Below are positions 63,226-64,000 of a DNA stretch of 64,000 nucleotides, one piece after another. The DNA comes from an uncultured Candidatus Rokubacteria bacterium. GTDB lineage: Bacteria > Methylomirabilota > Methylomirabilia > Rokubacteriales > DASRDR01. Position 1 is the first letter of the stretch, and each line of letters begins with the position of its first letter. The position numbers and the translations under genes were made by a program. The stretch is taken from contig CAWGVS010000010.1 in assembly GCA_963826115.1 (NCBI GenBank), positions 32,001-96,000 on the forward strand, given 5' to 3'. The notes below the pieces were generated by a model that ran no database searches, had not been told where the DNA came from, and worked only from the letters and a program-made list of their open reading frames with translations.

Positions 63226-64000
63226 TCGGATTCCCGCGCGCGCTCGAGCTTGAGGCGGATGTTCACGAAGTTGTAGGGCGGCCAGGGCCCGGTGTACCGG
63301 AAGTTCAGCTTGTCGTAGAGGGCGCCGACCTCCTTGACCTTGGCGTCGAAGGCCGTCTCCTTGTCTCGGGAGACCAGGAAGGCCGCGTTCATGATCATCT
63401 TGTCACCGATGGGCTTGTTGGCCCGCGCGGCCACCGAGACGTCGCGGAGCTGGTCGAAGATGTCGGCGACGTACTGCTCGCTCCGCGTCTGGAGGGCGGC
63501 GTCGATCTGCCGGCCGTACTGCATGCGGGCGAAGTAGGTCGAGCCCGACACCGTCGAGATCTCGTTCTTGAGCCGGCGAATGTCCTCGTCGTCGTTCTCG
63601 ATCTCGCGGATCATGACGTCGCGGTCCCACAGGACCTTGAGGCCGAACTCCACCTTGTCCTGCATCTTGTCGAGCACGTCGCGGAACGCGTCGTACGCGC
63701 CGCGCAGGAGCTCCACGATGTCGTCGCGCGTCTTGAACACGGTCCCGAAGGACATCGGGATCACGGTGAAGCTCCGCATGACGGTCTCGTTGACGCGCTC
63801 GTGAGCGAGCACGTTCTCGCGCGTCGCGTCCAGCACCTCCTCCGGCGTGTCGGAGATGACCGCGGCGATCTCGCGGAAGCTGACCGTCTGGACCTCGGTC
63901 GGCTCGGTCCCGAGCCCGATGGACCCGAAGCGGCGGGACTCGGCGCTCCGGATGATGCAGTAGACGTACTTGGCGCGGCTGGCGGTCGTCGCGCCGGCCG
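63222..64000 (-). CDS. gvpF: GvpF/GvpL-family gas vesicle protein, truncated by window edge
   Basis: KYVYCII, HERVNE, VIPMSFGTVF, MNAAFLV, TGPWPPYNFV. Confidence 0.88.
   Translation of the reverse strand, partial: AGATTASRAKYVYCIIRSAESRRFGSIGLGTEPTEVQTVSFREIAAVISDTPEEVLDATRENVLAHERVNETVMRSFTVIPMSFGTVFKTRDDIVELLRGAYDAFRDVLDKMQDKVEFGLKVLWDRDVMIREIENDDEDIRRLKNEISTVSGSTYFARMQYGRQIDAALQTRSEQYVADIFDQLRDVSVAARANKPIGDKMIMNAAFLVSRDKETAFDAKVKEVGALYDKLNFRYTGPWPPYNFVNIRLKLERARESE

Noticed and set aside
1-64000. tRNA, rRNA, prophage, IS or integron
   Set aside because: None recognisable by eye; composition looks uniformly GC-rich. A covariance-model scan would be needed to exclude small RNAs.

Overview
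Very GC-rich bacterial DNA. Gene content and style suggest a soil bacterium, possibly Candidatus Rokubacteria or similar; this is inference only, as no marker gene is present. No rRNA, tRNA, CRISPR array, integrase or transposase was recognised. From left to right: a frameshifted TRAP DctM tail; a carbohydrate ABC uptake operon ending in a GH116 glycosidase, which also contains a class I glutamine-amidotransferase-like gene whose catalytic Cys codon is an in-frame TGA followed by a SECIS-like hairpin (candidate selenoprotein); ArsI/CadI-like VOC, aldo-keto reductase, FmdB and STAS genes; a low-oxygen block (cydAB, cupredoxin-extended nirK, three usp genes, APC permease) beside two decayed response-regulator genes; SIS, hydratase and PhyH genes. 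The main candidate system lies at about 23.1-49 kb. Two transcription units each start with a near-identical double-dyad element (TGCAC-N8-GTGCA x2, opposite orientations) 150-160 bp upstream of a sigma-54 -24/-12 motif. Unit 1 encodes an FN3-like protein, a small alpha/beta protein, an S8 protease and an MBL hydrolase. Unit 2 encodes a patatin, a diheme RoxA/CcP-like lipoprotein, a GMC oxidoreductase, two conserved hypotheticals, a DyP, a catalase-fold protein lacking the distal His and an alpha-dioxygenase-like lipoprotein, followed by a large TM-TPR protein. It looks like a co-regulated extracytoplasmic lipid-oxidation (oxylipin-like) system coupled to a protease/hydrolase pair. The right end holds an AraC/methyltransferase pair, a lipid/envelope block with more sigma-54 motifs, and a gas-vesicle (gvp) cluster running off the window. 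All product calls come from motifs recognised by eye; no database searches were run.
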